Positions 1-10,110 of a DNA stretch of 64,000 nt are shown here, piece by piece (within the stretch, counting starts at the first letter, position 1; every line of letters starts with the position of its first letter). The notes under the pieces were generated by a model that was given only the letters and a program-made list of their open reading frames with translations, ran no database searches and was not told the origin of the DNA. The translations under genes were made by a program, and so were the position numbers. The stretch lies in contig PMLO01000090.1 in the NCBI GenBank assembly GCA_003158895.1, forward strand, positions 33,005 through 97,004, given 5' to 3'. The stretch comes from Propionibacteriaceae bacterium (lineage in GTDB: Bacteria > Actinomycetota > Actinomycetes > Propionibacteriales > Propionibacteriaceae).

Positions 1-1110
1 TTGAACAGCGTCGTCTTGCCGACGCCGTTCGGGCCGATGATGCCGACGATGCCGGCGCGCGGCAGCGTGAACGACAGGTTGTCGATGAGCACGCGGTCGC
101 CGAAGCCCTTGGTGAGCTTGGCCCCTTCGAGCACCTCCGCGCCCAGTCGCGGACCGGCCGGGATGTTGATTTCGGCGAGGTCCATCGGACGGCCCCGCTC
201 GGCCTCGGCCGCGAGCTCCTCGTAGCGCGTCAGACGCGACTTGCTCTTGGCCTGGCGCGCCTTCGGGTTCTGACGCACCCAGTCGAGCTCGCGCTCGAGG
301 ATCTTGGCGCGCTTCGCGTCCTTCTTGCCCTCGATGGCGAGGCGGGCGCGCTTGGTCTCGAGGTACGTGGAGTAGTTGCCCTCGTACGGGTGCAGCTGGC
401 CGCGGTCGACCTCGCAGATCCAACCCGCGACGTTGTCGAGGAAGTACCGGTCGTGGGTCACGGCGAGGACGGCGCCCGGGTACGACTTGAGGTGGGTCTC
501 GAGCCAGGCCACGCTCTCCGCATCGAGATGGTTGGTGGGCTCGTCGAGGAGCAGGAGGTCGGGCTGCTGGAGCAGCAGCTTGCACAGCGCGACGCGACGC
601 CGCTCGCCACCGGAGAGGATGTTGACCGGCATGTCCGGGTCGGGGCAGCGCAGCGCGTCCATCGCCTGGTCGAGCTGCGAGTCGAGCTCCCAGGCCTGGC
701 GGTGGTCGAGCTCGGTGGACAGGTCACCCATCTCGGCGAGCAACGCGTCGTAGTCGGCATCCGGCTCGCCGAGCTCCACGCTGATCTCGTTGTACCTGTC
801 GAGCAAGGCCTTGGTCTCTGCGACGCCCTCCTGGACGTTCTCGAGGACCGTCTTGTCCTCAGTGAGCGGCGGCTCCTGCATGAGGATCCCGACGGTGGCG
901 CCCTTGGCCAGCATGACATCGCCGTTGTTCGCCTTCTCCAGGCCGGCCATGATCTTGAGCATCGTGGACTTGCCCGCGCCGTTCGGCCCGACGACGCCGA
1001 TCTTGGCGTCCGGGTAGAACGACATGGTCACGTTGTCGAGGATGAGCTTCTCCCCGAGCGTCTTGCGCACGTTGTGCATGGTGAAGACGAATTCGGCCAT
1101 GGCGGTGTTC
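1..1110 (-). CDS. ettA: ABC-F ATPase, EttA-like translational throttle (3' end of gene lies beyond the left edge)
   Basis: Not in the ORF track (truncated). My minus-strand translation from ATG 1110-1108 gives MAEFVFTMHNVRKTLGEKLILDNVTMSFYPDAKIGVVGPNGAGKST..., with ABC signature LSGGERRRVALC, Walker B LLLLDEPTNHLD and a second Walker A GIIGPNGVGKTTLF at the edge. Confidence 0.9.
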
Positions 1111-1210
1111 GGACTCCCTAGTAGCGCGTGTGTTCGGCCGCTCGACGGCAGCCGTGAGAACGCAGACCATCCTAGTGGGCGGGAGCCAGTGCCCCTCACG
1201 GGTGCGCGCG

Positions 1211-2308
1211 TCAGCAGGCGGGAAGCGTCGCCCGCCAGAGCCGGTCACCCGCGACCACGTACGCGTCGGCGCCGAGCCCCACCACGGCTATGGCCTGTGC
1301 CGGCGCCGCCACCGAGGTCCACCCGTCACCGCACGACACCGCGGCCGACGGTGTGGACGCGTTGGTGAGAACCAGGGGCCTGCCCTCGACGATCGCGACC
1401 AGCGCGGTGGGATCCTGGTCCGCCGGCTTGTCGCCGGTGAGGATCGTCGTCTGACCCACCACGCCGTTGGCGAGCGACACCTGCCACACGATCGGGTGCT
1501 GCGCCCAGCCGGCGACCCAGCAGGTTGTTCCCTCGCAGGCGATCCCCGTGGCGTGACGAAGCCCCGTCGTCCCTGGCTGGACCGGGAGGTCGAGGCGACG
1601 CCAGTCGCCCCCGACCGTGCCGTAATAGAGCGCCGGGGTCTGTACGGCGCCAGCCTCGGTCGCCTGGACGCTGTCGCCGGCGACCACGACGGTTGAACCG
1701 ACGGCCGCCACCGCCGCGAAGCCGAGCACCACACCATTCGCCGAATGCAACGCATCAGGGGTGTCGAGCTGGTGCCAGACCTCGCCGTCGGCCGCGTACA
1801 GCGCGCCGTCGGGGCCGGCGGTCCCACCACGGCTACCCACGATGATCGGCCGGCCGTCGACGATGACCGTGCCGAGCAGCGGCCCGGCATCCTCGCCGCC
1901 GAAGGTGAAGAACTCCTGCGGCCGGCTCGTGACCGGCCCCGTGGCAGGCCCGTCCCATATGGTCCAGCGGGTGTTCGCATGCGCGCCCCCGGCGCGGCCG
2001 CCGATGAGGTACAGCTGTCCCCCGGCCGAGGTGGCCGAGACGATGCGCGCGCTCGCCGCGTACGGCTCCGACGGTACGAGCGGGACCGTCTCCCCGGTGG
2101 CCAGCACCACTGACGGCGCGCTGTCCGACATGTCCGTTCCCGCCACGACAAGGCCTGACTCCGAAGGGGCCAGAGCAGCCGGTACGACTCCGGCAGGCGT
2201 CACCTCGCGCCACGTGAGGTGAACGTCCAGTGGAGGAGGCTGTACGCAACCCGCCAGCAGCACCGGCACCGCGAGCACCACGAGCAGGCGTTTGCGTGAC
2301 CGGGCCAT
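1211..2308 (-). CDS. secreted lipoprotein, beta-rich, function unknown
   Basis: Lies inside ORF 1211..2908. The sensible sequence starts at ATG 2308: MARSRKRLLVVLAVPVLLAGC (signal peptide plus LAGC lipobox). It abuts the stop of the upstream gene at 2311. Confidence 0.6.
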   Translation of the reverse strand: MARSRKRLLVVLAVPVLLAGCVQPPPLDVHLTWREVTPAGVVPAALAPSESGLVVAGTDMSDSAPSVVLATGETVPLVPSEPYAASARIVSATSAGGQLYLIGGRAGGAHANTRWTIWDGPATGPVTSRPQEFFTFGGEDAGPLLGTVIVDGRPIIVGSRGGTAGPDGALYAADGEVWHQLDTPDALHSANGVVLGFAAVAAVGSTVVVAGDSVQATEAGAVQTPALYYGTVGGDWRRLDLPVQPGTTGLRHATGIACEGTTCWVAGWAQHPIVWQVSLANGVVGQTTILTGDKPADQDPTALVAIVEGRPLVLTNASTPSAAVSCGDGWTSVAAPAQAIAVVGLGADAYVVAGDRLWRATLPAC

Positions 2309-2310
2309 GG

Positions 2311-3810
2311 TTAGCCGGCCAGCCAGACGGTCAACCCGTAGAAGACGCCGGCCGCCAGCAACCCGGTGACCGCCGGCAGGATCAGCAGCCGTGGATGGCG
2401 GAAGCCGCGGTCGACGCCAAGAATCGTCGCCGCGAACACCGAGCCGGAGGCCAGAGCCCAACCCCAGGCGGGTACGTTCTGCCAGGGCAGGAACGCCACC
2501 GCGAGGACCAGCCCCGCCTGAGCGGCGGATGCCACGACGACGCCGATGATCCGTGGCCTCAGCCGGGCCGCCATGAGAACGCACCACACGGCGAGGACGC
2601 ACGCGAAGGCTGCGATCCCCACCGGCCACGACGCGCTCAGACTGGTGACCGGCGCGCGAGGTTCGATCAACCGTGCGCCGAGTGGGTCGACCGAGGCACC
2701 GCTGTTGCCGAGCACCGCCACGGCGCGCTTGCGTGCCATGTCGATCCGCAGCACGGACGAGAACCCCGGTACCGACCCGTTGTGCCAGACCGAGACACCG
2801 GCCGCCGTGGTCGTGATCACCCAGCCGAGACCGATCGAGTCCGTCGGCGAGATGTCGTACCGCGGGGTCAACGCCCACGAGCCGATCTCTCGGCCGCTGA
2901 GAATCCACCGACCGAACGACGCGAGGTCGTCGAGCGTGGAGAACGTCGCCGTCCCCGCCGGGTAGTAGCTCGGACCCACCGAGTACGGAGCCCTCGCCCC
3001 GTTCGGCAGGCTCCCGACTGCCGCGTCGTCGGGGACGTCGTCGACGCTGGGAACGAACACGGTGTGCGTCATCCCCGACGGCTTCAGCACGCGCTCCGTG
3101 ACGAGCCCGGTCCAGGACGGAGCCCCAGCTGCCTTCGCCAGGGCGTACCCCAGCAGCGCGAACCCCAGGTTGGAGTACGCGTACGTGCCCTGCTGCGAGA
3201 TCGCCAGCCCCGCGGTCTGGGTGATGACGTCGTCCTGGGTGATGGCTTCGACGACGGCGTCACCGGATCCCTCGTACCCCTGACTCGCCGCCTGGTCGGC
3301 ATACGCGGGCAGGCCGGAACGATGGGTGGCCAGCTCCTCGAGCGTCACACCGCCTGCCGGGGTGCCGGTGAGCTGCGGCAGGTACGTGTCCAGTGTGTCC
3401 TGCAGCCCGACCTCGCCTCGGTCCACCGCGTCGGCGAGCATCAGTCCGGTGAACAGCTTGGTGATCGAGCCGATCTCGAACATCGTGGTGTCCGTGGGCG
3501 CCAGGCCGTCGCCGCGGTTGCCCAGGCCGGCCCACCGGCTCTGACCGTTCGACACCGTGATGACCGCGAGACCGTGAAAGCCCGCCGTGGAGCGGTTCGT
3601 GCCGTCAGCGCCGAGGATCGTTCGTACGCGATCCGCCAACCGTGTGTCGCCGTCGGTCTGGAACCCCAGGTGCAAGGGCTCCTGACCGACCAGCGTGGCC
3701 GCCAGGACGGCGACGAGGAGCGCGGCGGTGCTGGACATGAGCGCGCCTCCGTGAGGCGTGGTCAGCCAACGGAAGCCCGACTTCACCCCCTGCGCCGTAC
3801 CGGTGCCCAT
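2311..3810 (-). CDS. beta-lactamase-fold serine hydrolase with C-terminal multi-helix membrane domain
   Basis: SxxK (GSITK) and YxN (YSN) motifs, followed by several hydrophobic helices (WPVGIAAFACVLAVWCVLMAA, IIGVVVASAAQAGLVLAVAFL...). The true start may be the internal MSSTAALLVAVLAA near 3738. Confidence 0.8.
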   Translation of the reverse strand: MGTGTAQGVKSGFRWLTTPHGGALMSSTAALLVAVLAATLVGQEPLHLGFQTDGDTRLADRVRTILGADGTNRSTAGFHGLAVITVSNGQSRWAGLGNRGDGLAPTDTTMFEIGSITKLFTGLMLADAVDRGEVGLQDTLDTYLPQLTGTPAGGVTLEELATHRSGLPAYADQAASQGYEGSGDAVVEAITQDDVITQTAGLAISQQGTYAYSNLGFALLGYALAKAAGAPSWTGLVTERVLKPSGMTHTVFVPSVDDVPDDAAVGSLPNGARAPYSVGPSYYPAGTATFSTLDDLASFGRWILSGREIGSWALTPRYDISPTDSIGLGWVITTTAAGVSVWHNGSVPGFSSVLRIDMARKRAVAVLGNSGASVDPLGARLIEPRAPVTSLSASWPVGIAAFACVLAVWCVLMAARLRPRIIGVVVASAAQAGLVLAVAFLPWQNVPAWGWALASGSVFAATILGVDRGFRHPRLLILPAVTGLLAAGVFYGLTVWLAG

Positions 3811-3935
3811 GGCGGCTCCTTACGAGGAATGCCTCAGCCTATGTGCCCCTCACATCACGTCCAACAACACGCGATGCGGCGAGTTCACGCCGCGCACTAC
3901 CTCGAGGAATTCCTGGTCAACTCGGGGAACCTGAG

Positions 3936-4355
3936 TCAGGCGGCAGACTCCGCGCCTTCCGGTTCCGTCGCCTCGGGCTCGGGCTCAGGCGTCGCGATCA
4001 CACGGTTGACCCGACGGAACGCGGACGTGCCCCGATTGAGGTCGTGGCCGATCGTGGTCGCCTCGATGACGAGTCTCTCGTGCAGCACCCCGTTCGTGTC
4101 CGTCCATGATCGCGTGCGCAACCGCCCTTGCACGATGATCGGCTCACCCTTTCCAAGGCTCGAGGTCACGTTGTCCGCGAGACCCCGGAAGCACTCCACG
4201 CCGATCCATGTCGTCGTCTGGTCGTGCCACTCCCCGTCCCGGTACACCCGAGGCGTGCTGGCCATCCGGAACGACGCGGTCGTCAGCCCCGTACGTGTCA
4301 CACGATGTTCCACCTCGCTGCCGACGTTGCCGGTCATGGTCACTGTCATCTCCAT
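3936..4355 (-). CDS. ssb: single-stranded DNA-binding protein
   Basis: OB-fold SSB pattern MTGNVGSEVEHRVTRTGLTTASFRMASTPR...TTTWIGVECFRGLADNV...GEPIIVQGRLRTRSW, with a Pro/Glu-rich acidic tail. Confidence 0.8.
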   Translation of the reverse strand: MEMTVTMTGNVGSEVEHRVTRTGLTTASFRMASTPRVYRDGEWHDQTTTWIGVECFRGLADNVTSSLGKGEPIIVQGRLRTRSWTDTNGVLHERLVIEATTIGHDLNRGTSAFRRVNRVIATPEPEPEATEPEGAESAA

Positions 4356-4486
4356 GGTGAATCCCTTCTTCTCGATTCACCCGTGACCATGTGCGCACGC
4401 CCGCAGCATTCGTCACCCGAACTCGCTGCTGTGGACAGCGACTCTGCCTGTGGACAACCGCGGGGCGAACAAGTCGCGCCAGCGGC

Positions 4487-6091
4487 TCACCGCAGTTGTT
4501 TCAGCGCCTCCCGCGCACGGTCCCGGCGGGCGAGCTCGCTGTCGACGGGGCCGATCACGTACGTGCTCGTCACCGTACCGATCGCCCGTGTCAGCTCACG
4601 GTCGGCGCGCGCCGCATGGCTCCGGGCTCCTACCTCCACACCGACACGGCTGAGCAGCGCCACGAGGATCCCGGCGCCGACCCCGCCCAACGCCAGCACG
4701 GTCGGCAGGCCGAGGTTGCCGACCTTCGGTACAGGGAGTGAGGGCAACGCGAAGTACGAGACCAGGAGAAAGTTCACGAGCAACCACCCGGCACCCACGA
4801 GCGTCGCCAGCAGCACCAACCACTGCAGCACCCGCAGAGGAGTCCACCACCCGTTGCCGCGATCGGTCGCGAGGTCGGTGGTCGCGATCGCGCGATCAAG
4901 ATGGTCGGGCAGCAGTGTCTCCTCGGACCGCGCCGCCGCGAGTACAGCGTCCTGCCATCCCCGCGGCAGACCCTCGGAGGTCTCCGTCGCCAGGGCTCGT
5001 ACGGCGCTGTCGACGCGCGCCTTCGCCACGCCCTGCGCCACGGGAACCGACGTCCGGTTCACGCGGCCCGGCTCGATCGCCTTGTTCTTCTTCGTCGAGA
5101 TCACATCGAGGTGCAGCGCACGCAGCGGGTCGGGCCGGAACCGTGCGAGCCAGGCCACGACCGGCCAGCCCGTCGCGATGCCGCCGCGGTGCCGCCACGA
5201 CTTCTTGACGGCCTCGACGACCACGGGAACGCCGGCCGCGACCGCCAGCGTGTGGTTGAGATGCGCGGCACGCTTCTTGGGCACCCCGTCGGCATCAGCG
5301 TCCCCGAGCTGCGGCGCGAGCGCCTCGGCAGCGCTCGTCACGTCTCCCGCGAGCCGCTTGGCCGCAGTCTGCTTGCCCTTGATGAGCGTCACGAGTTCCG
5401 TACGGAGATCGGCCAGTCCGTCGCCCGTCACCGCAGACACCGTCACCAGCCGTGCGTCCGCAAGACCCTCGGCGTCGAGCAACCGCCGCAGGTCGGCGAT
5501 CATCCCCGCACGGTGCTCCTCGGCGACCCGATCGATCTGGTTCAGCGCGATCACCATGACGTCGGCGTGCGCGGCCAGCGGCCTCAGATAGCGGTCGTGG
5601 AGCGCCGCGTCCGCGTACTTCTGCGGGTCGACGACCCAGACGAACTGGTCGACGAGCTCGACGAGCCGGTCGACGATCTCCCGGTGCGACTGCTGCGTCG
5701 AGTCGTGGTCGGGCAGGTCGAGCAGGATCAGCCCGGACAGGTCCTCCGCGCCGGTGACGAGGTGCCGTCGCGGTACGTCGAGCCAGTCGAGGAGGTCGCT
5801 CTGCTCCTCACCGAACACGGCCGCCATCGCCGCCGCCGTGGTGGGTCGCCGCACACCCGGCTCGGCCAGCTTCGTACCGGACACCGCGTTGAACAGCGAC
5901 GACTTGCCCGACCCGGTCGCGCCGGCCAGCGCCACGATCGTCACGTCCCCCGAGAACGCGAGCCGGCCGTCGACACGGGTGAGAATCGCGTCGATGCGCT
6001 CCTCAACGTCCGGGTCGATGCGTCCCCTCGCGGCATCCATGGCCGTACGCAGCGCGGCCAGGCGGTCGGGCAGCGTCGAGCGTTTCTTCAC
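4487..6091 (-). CDS. dynamin-like GTPase with C-terminal TM helices
   Basis: P-loop GATGSGKSSLFNAV, LLDLPD motif, hydrophobic C-terminal helices; overlaps the upstream paralogue by 4 nt. Confidence 0.7.
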   Translation of the reverse strand: MKKRSTLPDRLAALRTAMDAARGRIDPDVEERIDAILTRVDGRLAFSGDVTIVALAGATGSGKSSLFNAVSGTKLAEPGVRRPTTAAAMAAVFGEEQSDLLDWLDVPRRHLVTGAEDLSGLILLDLPDHDSTQQSHREIVDRLVELVDQFVWVVDPQKYADAALHDRYLRPLAAHADVMVIALNQIDRVAEEHRAGMIADLRRLLDAEGLADARLVTVSAVTGDGLADLRTELVTLIKGKQTAAKRLAGDVTSAAEALAPQLGDADADGVPKKRAAHLNHTLAVAAGVPVVVEAVKKSWRHRGGIATGWPVVAWLARFRPDPLRALHLDVISTKKNKAIEPGRVNRTSVPVAQGVAKARVDSAVRALATETSEGLPRGWQDAVLAAARSEETLLPDHLDRAIATTDLATDRGNGWWTPLRVLQWLVLLATLVGAGWLLVNFLLVSYFALPSLPVPKVGNLGLPTVLALGGVGAGILVALLSRVGVEVGARSHAARADRELTRAIGTVTSTYVIGPVDSELARRDRAREALKQLR

Positions 6092-7914
6092 GGCAGCACC
6101 TCGCCGTCGACGACCTCTGCCGTCGGAGCGTCGACCTGCCGCAGGTCGACCTGCTCACGCAGTGAAGGATCGATCGCCGGCACCTCCCCCGCCCCGACCG
6201 CCGTCAGCCCGAGCTGGTGCATCTCGGCGGCGCGGCTGTCGTCGGCGCTGCGAGCGGCGGTACGGATCCGCTCCGCCTGCTCAGGATCGATGCCCACGGC
6301 ATCCAGCGCGGCATGGAACCGCGACAGCTCACCGGCCAGCAGGCCTTCGACCCTGGCGTCGAGGTCGTCCTTGGCCTTCTTGGCCAGCCGGCGTACGGCG
6401 TCGTCGCCGAACACAGCCTCAAGGACACGCTGTGCGAGCACCGCCGTACCGCCCGCCACGCCCACTTCCGCTCCGACAAGCCCACCCGTATGCGCGAACG
6501 CCACGAGCATGAGCGCCACGCCGACCCCGTTGACGCCGAAGGCCGCGATCCGCGCCTTCGTACGACGCCCTGACCCCTCGTCGCTCACGAGCTCCATGAC
6601 GTCGCCCTGCCAGGCCCTGATCGCCCGGGCGGCCCGCGACGGATAGTCCTCGGACACGCGCCGCAGGTCAGCACCGGCGCGGTCGAGCAGCATGCGGCCG
6701 GCGGGGTTCGCCCGCCAGGCCGCCTCCGCACGTTCGGCTGCCTTCTCGCCCTCTTCGCGCAGCAGCGCCTCGAGCCCGGACTCGACGGCAACAGCCACGT
6801 CGCCCGCGCCCTTCGGCTCGCCCTTGATCGCGGCCCAGATCCGGTCGCGCAACCAGCCGATCTTCTGCTCCATGGCCCGGAAGAACTCCCCTGTACCGAC
6901 GAAGTCGTGCCAGCGCGCCAGCACCTCGCCACGCAGCAGCGTGCCGTCGGCCGACTGGACGTTGACCGTCCGTACAGCCTCCTGGTACGACGCGGTCGCG
7001 TCCGAGCGCAGCTGTTCGACCGCCTCGAGCTGGTCGTCGACCGCCTGAGCGACGTCCGGCGCCTGCCGGGTGAGGGACCCGATAGCTCCGTCGAGCGTCT
7101 GCATGACCACGCGAGCGCGGGTGTTCTGGTCAGCCGCCAAAGCCGCCAGCCACCCGCGGATCGGAGCCACTGCCGCGTCCGGCAGCAGGCCGTCGGCGTC
7201 GGTCGTGGTCTCCGGTACGGCGAACAACGGCGACGACGCCAGCCCGCGCTCGGTCATCATCTGGCCCAGGTGAGGCGGCACCTCGGCCATCGCGGCCGGC
7301 GGCACGCGATCCACGACGACCGCCACCGCGGCGCTGCGATCGACGGCGCTCGCGAGGTAGTCCCACGGCACGGCGTCCGCGTACCGTGCGGCGCTCGTCA
7401 CGAACAGCCACAGGTCGGCGGCCGACAACAGCTGCGCGGCAAGCCGGCGGTTCTCGACGACGACCGAGTCGATGTCAGGCGCGTCCAGCACGGCCAACCC
7501 GCGCGGCAAGGTGGGTTCAGGCACCAAGTGCAGCGACCGTGTGTCATCGCTCGAAGAGCTCGAACGCAGCAACCCCGGCAGGATCCGCTCGTCCGCGAAC
7601 CAACGCGCATCGTCCGGGTTGTACACGAGGACCGGTGACCTCGTGGTGGGCCGGATCACACCGGGCTTCGTGACGACGCGACCGATCAGGGAGTTCACGA
7701 GCGTCGACTTGCCCGCCCCGGTCGATCCGCCGACGACGGCCAGAAGAGGAGCCTCGATGCGGGACAGCCTCGGCAGGACGTAGTCGTCGAGCTGCTTGGC
7801 GGAGTCCCGCGACACCCCGGTGAGCTCGGCGGCGCGGGGCAAAGGCAAGGGCAGCCTGACAGATGCCAGCGCGTCCCGCAGATCGGTCAACGCGCTGGTC
7901 AGCGGACTGGCCAT
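6088..7914 (-). CDS. dynamin-like GTPase
   Basis: P-loop GGSTGAGKSTLVNSL, VLDAPDIDS motif, long helical stalk-like C-terminus with a hydrophobic hairpin. Confidence 0.7.
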   Translation of the reverse strand: MASPLTSALTDLRDALASVRLPLPLPRAAELTGVSRDSAKQLDDYVLPRLSRIEAPLLAVVGGSTGAGKSTLVNSLIGRVVTKPGVIRPTTRSPVLVYNPDDARWFADERILPGLLRSSSSSDDTRSLHLVPEPTLPRGLAVLDAPDIDSVVVENRRLAAQLLSAADLWLFVTSAARYADAVPWDYLASAVDRSAAVAVVVDRVPPAAMAEVPPHLGQMMTERGLASSPLFAVPETTTDADGLLPDAAVAPIRGWLAALAADQNTRARVVMQTLDGAIGSLTRQAPDVAQAVDDQLEAVEQLRSDATASYQEAVRTVNVQSADGTLLRGEVLARWHDFVGTGEFFRAMEQKIGWLRDRIWAAIKGEPKGAGDVAVAVESGLEALLREEGEKAAERAEAAWRANPAGRMLLDRAGADLRRVSEDYPSRAARAIRAWQGDVMELVSDEGSGRRTKARIAAFGVNGVGVALMLVAFAHTGGLVGAEVGVAGGTAVLAQRVLEAVFGDDAVRRLAKKAKDDLDARVEGLLAGELSRFHAALDAVGIDPEQAERIRTAARSADDSRAAEMHQLGLTAVGAGEVPAIDPSLREQVDLRQVDAPTAEVVDGEVLP

Positions 7915-7921
7915 GGCCCTC

Positions 7922-9355
7922 CTAGGCCTTCGGTGGCCCCCACCGCGGGTCCACGACCGAGATGGTCGGAGCCGATCCTAGTGGCGCCGGAACCGGTGCG
8001 TGGGCAGGGAACTGACCCCCGATGCCGGCAGGTCCGGGGTAGGAGGGCGGCTGCCACGCCAGCGCGAACGCAGCCCGCGGCTTCTTCCAGTACGGCTTCA
8101 GCCCTCGCGCATCATCGAGTGCGCCTGCCGCGTGAAAATCGCGAATCGCGTACAGCAGCTCGCGTTCGCGCCACAGGCCTGCCGCGTCGACGGTGCCACG
8201 TGTGATCTGGTCACGCAGGTAGGCGAGTTCGGAGACGGCTCGCTGCAGCCTGTACGTGGCGACGACGTTGCCCCACCACGGCGAGAGCGCCAGCATCCGC
8301 GCCCGCTGGAGCGTCTTGGAGAACAGGTATGGGTATGTGTCGGGCACCCAGCCGGCCATCACGTAGTCCGACAGCCGGTTCCGGATCACGCGCCCCTCAC
8401 GGACGACCTGGAACACGGCGTACAGCGCGACGGCCCCCAGCACCGGAAGGGCGATCATGAAGTAGATCGTCTTCTGGTAGCTGTCAGGGAACAGGCTGGC
8501 AACGGTGTTGAACGTCATGTGCAGCAGTGCGGCGGTGAGGTAGCCGGCGACCGGCGCCAGCACCCTGACGACCTTGGCCCGGCTCCGCAGCCCGATCGCA
8601 AGGCCCACCGCCGTCATCGACGTGAACAGGGGATGCCCGAAGCTGGTCCACAGACCACGCATCTGTACGAGCTGGGCGACAGCAGCAGCCACGTCGCCCG
8701 TACTGGCGTTCATGCTCCCGTACACGATCGCCCTGGCGTAGTAAACGATGTTCTCGCTGAACGCGAAGCCGATGGCAGACAGCCCGGCCAGGCTCACAAG
8801 GCTGAGCTTGCTCGTGAGGCGGCGGCGATCGAGGAACGCGACGAGGAACACGACGGTCGCCTTGAAGAACTCCTCGACGAACGGCGCGACGTAGATCGCG
8901 GCTCGCGCGCCGGCCAGCTGGTTGCCGTTCTGGTCGATCGCTAGATGTTCAGAGGCCCAGGAGTTCACGACGATCGCGCCGTACGCGGCGATCGAGGATC
9001 CCCAGAACAGCGCCAAGGCCCAGAGCAGCCAGCGCTGCGGCTTCCACCGGTCGACGGCGAGGAACAACAGCGACCAGACCGCGAGCGTCGGGAACGCGTA
9101 GTTCGCCGACTGCCACAGGGCGTCGGAGTTGAGGCCGGGTACGGTCCCGGAGTCCGTCTTGACGTCGGCGGTGAGGATGACGTTCAACCTCACTAACGAG
9201 AAGATCCCCAGCAGGACGACCACGACGCTCGCCCACAACCACCGACTATGCGTGAACCTCTCCACGCCTGTGAGCTTCGGGTCTGCCACGTCGACGGCCG
9301 CCAGTCTCCGGTACCGGCCGATCCCAGGCAGGTCGGTACGGAGTGCGTCAGCCAT
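7922..9355 (-). CDS. prsW: PrsW-family intramembrane metalloprotease
   Basis: Polytopic membrane protein with APFVEEFFKA and LLHMTFN motifs. Start taken at MADALRT (9355), although the ORF is open to 9445. Confidence 0.7.
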   Translation of the reverse strand: MADALRTDLPGIGRYRRLAAVDVADPKLTGVERFTHSRWLWASVVVVLLGIFSLVRLNVILTADVKTDSGTVPGLNSDALWQSANYAFPTLAVWSLLFLAVDRWKPQRWLLWALALFWGSSIAAYGAIVVNSWASEHLAIDQNGNQLAGARAAIYVAPFVEEFFKATVVFLVAFLDRRRLTSKLSLVSLAGLSAIGFAFSENIVYYARAIVYGSMNASTGDVAAAVAQLVQMRGLWTSFGHPLFTSMTAVGLAIGLRSRAKVVRVLAPVAGYLTAALLHMTFNTVASLFPDSYQKTIYFMIALPVLGAVALYAVFQVVREGRVIRNRLSDYVMAGWVPDTYPYLFSKTLQRARMLALSPWWGNVVATYRLQRAVSELAYLRDQITRGTVDAAGLWRERELLYAIRDFHAAGALDDARGLKPYWKKPRAAFALAWQPPSYPGPAGIGGQFPAHAPVPAPLGSAPTISVVDPRWGPPKA

Positions 9356-9519
9356 GCGGACAAGGGTAGCGGCGGCACGGTACGAGCGAGGCTGTGCCCA
9401 CATGGGGCCGCGGGGTGGCGCGCAGGTCCTCGTTTTCATACCCATCGGCGCAATACCGCCCGAATCCGGACCCGGGCCGACGATCAGGTATCAGAACCAG
9501 AATCCTGCCATGCCAACTC

Positions 9520-9948
9520 CTAGGCCGTCATCGTCACCGGCGTGCCCCGCTGGACGGTGTTGGAGACGGTGCAGAGACGGTCGTGCGATAGCCGTACAGC
9601 CTCGGGCAGCAGCGCGCGCGCCTTGTCGGCGCCGTCGCCCTCACCGAACGCGAGGTCGAAGGCAACCGTGAGGTCTGTCACGAACGACGCACCCGCCTCG
9701 TTCCTCTCACGCTCGCCGGTGACGGTCGCGACGAACGATGTCGGCTCGGCGCGGCGGGTGACGAGGGTGTCGACGTCGATCGAGGAGCAGCCCGCGATGG
9801 CCGCGAGGAGCAGCTCGACGGGCGCGAAGCCACCGTCCTCCCCGGTCGAGAACCTGATCTCGCCGCCGCGACGGTTGCGGGCCACGTACGTGCCCGCGGC
9901 GGTCCTCTCGACGGTCACGTGGTAACGAGGCTCGGCCTGCTCGGTCAT
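9520..9948 (-). CDS. OsmC-family peroxiredoxin-like protein
   Basis: About 140 aa with the two conserved Cys contexts (IAGCSSID, RLCTVSN); start at MTEQAEP (9948). Confidence 0.8.
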   Translation of the reverse strand: MTEQAEPRYHVTVERTAAGTYVARNRRGGEIRFSTGEDGGFAPVELLLAAIAGCSSIDVDTLVTRRAEPTSFVATVTGERERNEAGASFVTDLTVAFDLAFGEGDGADKARALLPEAVRLSHDRLCTVSNTVQRGTPVTMTA

Positions 9949-10110
9949 GGTTCTCCTTCGCGTCGGGTTCCCCCACAACCTAGTAGTCGTGCTGATCTTG
10001 AAGGTTCAACGGCCTCCGCCTCTAGTAAAGGTGAGGAATTGGCAGCAAAGTGACGTATCACAGACGTGATCTGGGCCTCCTCAGAGTCGTAGTCCTATGA
10101 AAGGACGTCG

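Noticed and set aside
2230-4386. 718-aa plus-strand ORF spanning the hydrolase and SSB region
   Set aside because: It is antisense or out of frame to two genes with clear motifs. The translation is Arg/Pro/Gly-rich low complexity with poor GC3. This is a typical shadow ORF of high-GC DNA.
4487-9445. Paired dynamin-like GTPases next to PrsW as a possible novel membrane-stress system
   Set aside because: This gene pair is widely conserved in actinobacterial core genomes. Nothing in the sequence departs from the usual arrangement.
10035-10057. ECF-like promoter GGAAT-N14-CGTA upstream of the S8 gene (possible autoregulation)
   Set aside because: The spacer is 2-3 nt shorter than typical ECF -35/-10 spacing, and the match is too short to distinguish from chance without a regulon comparison.
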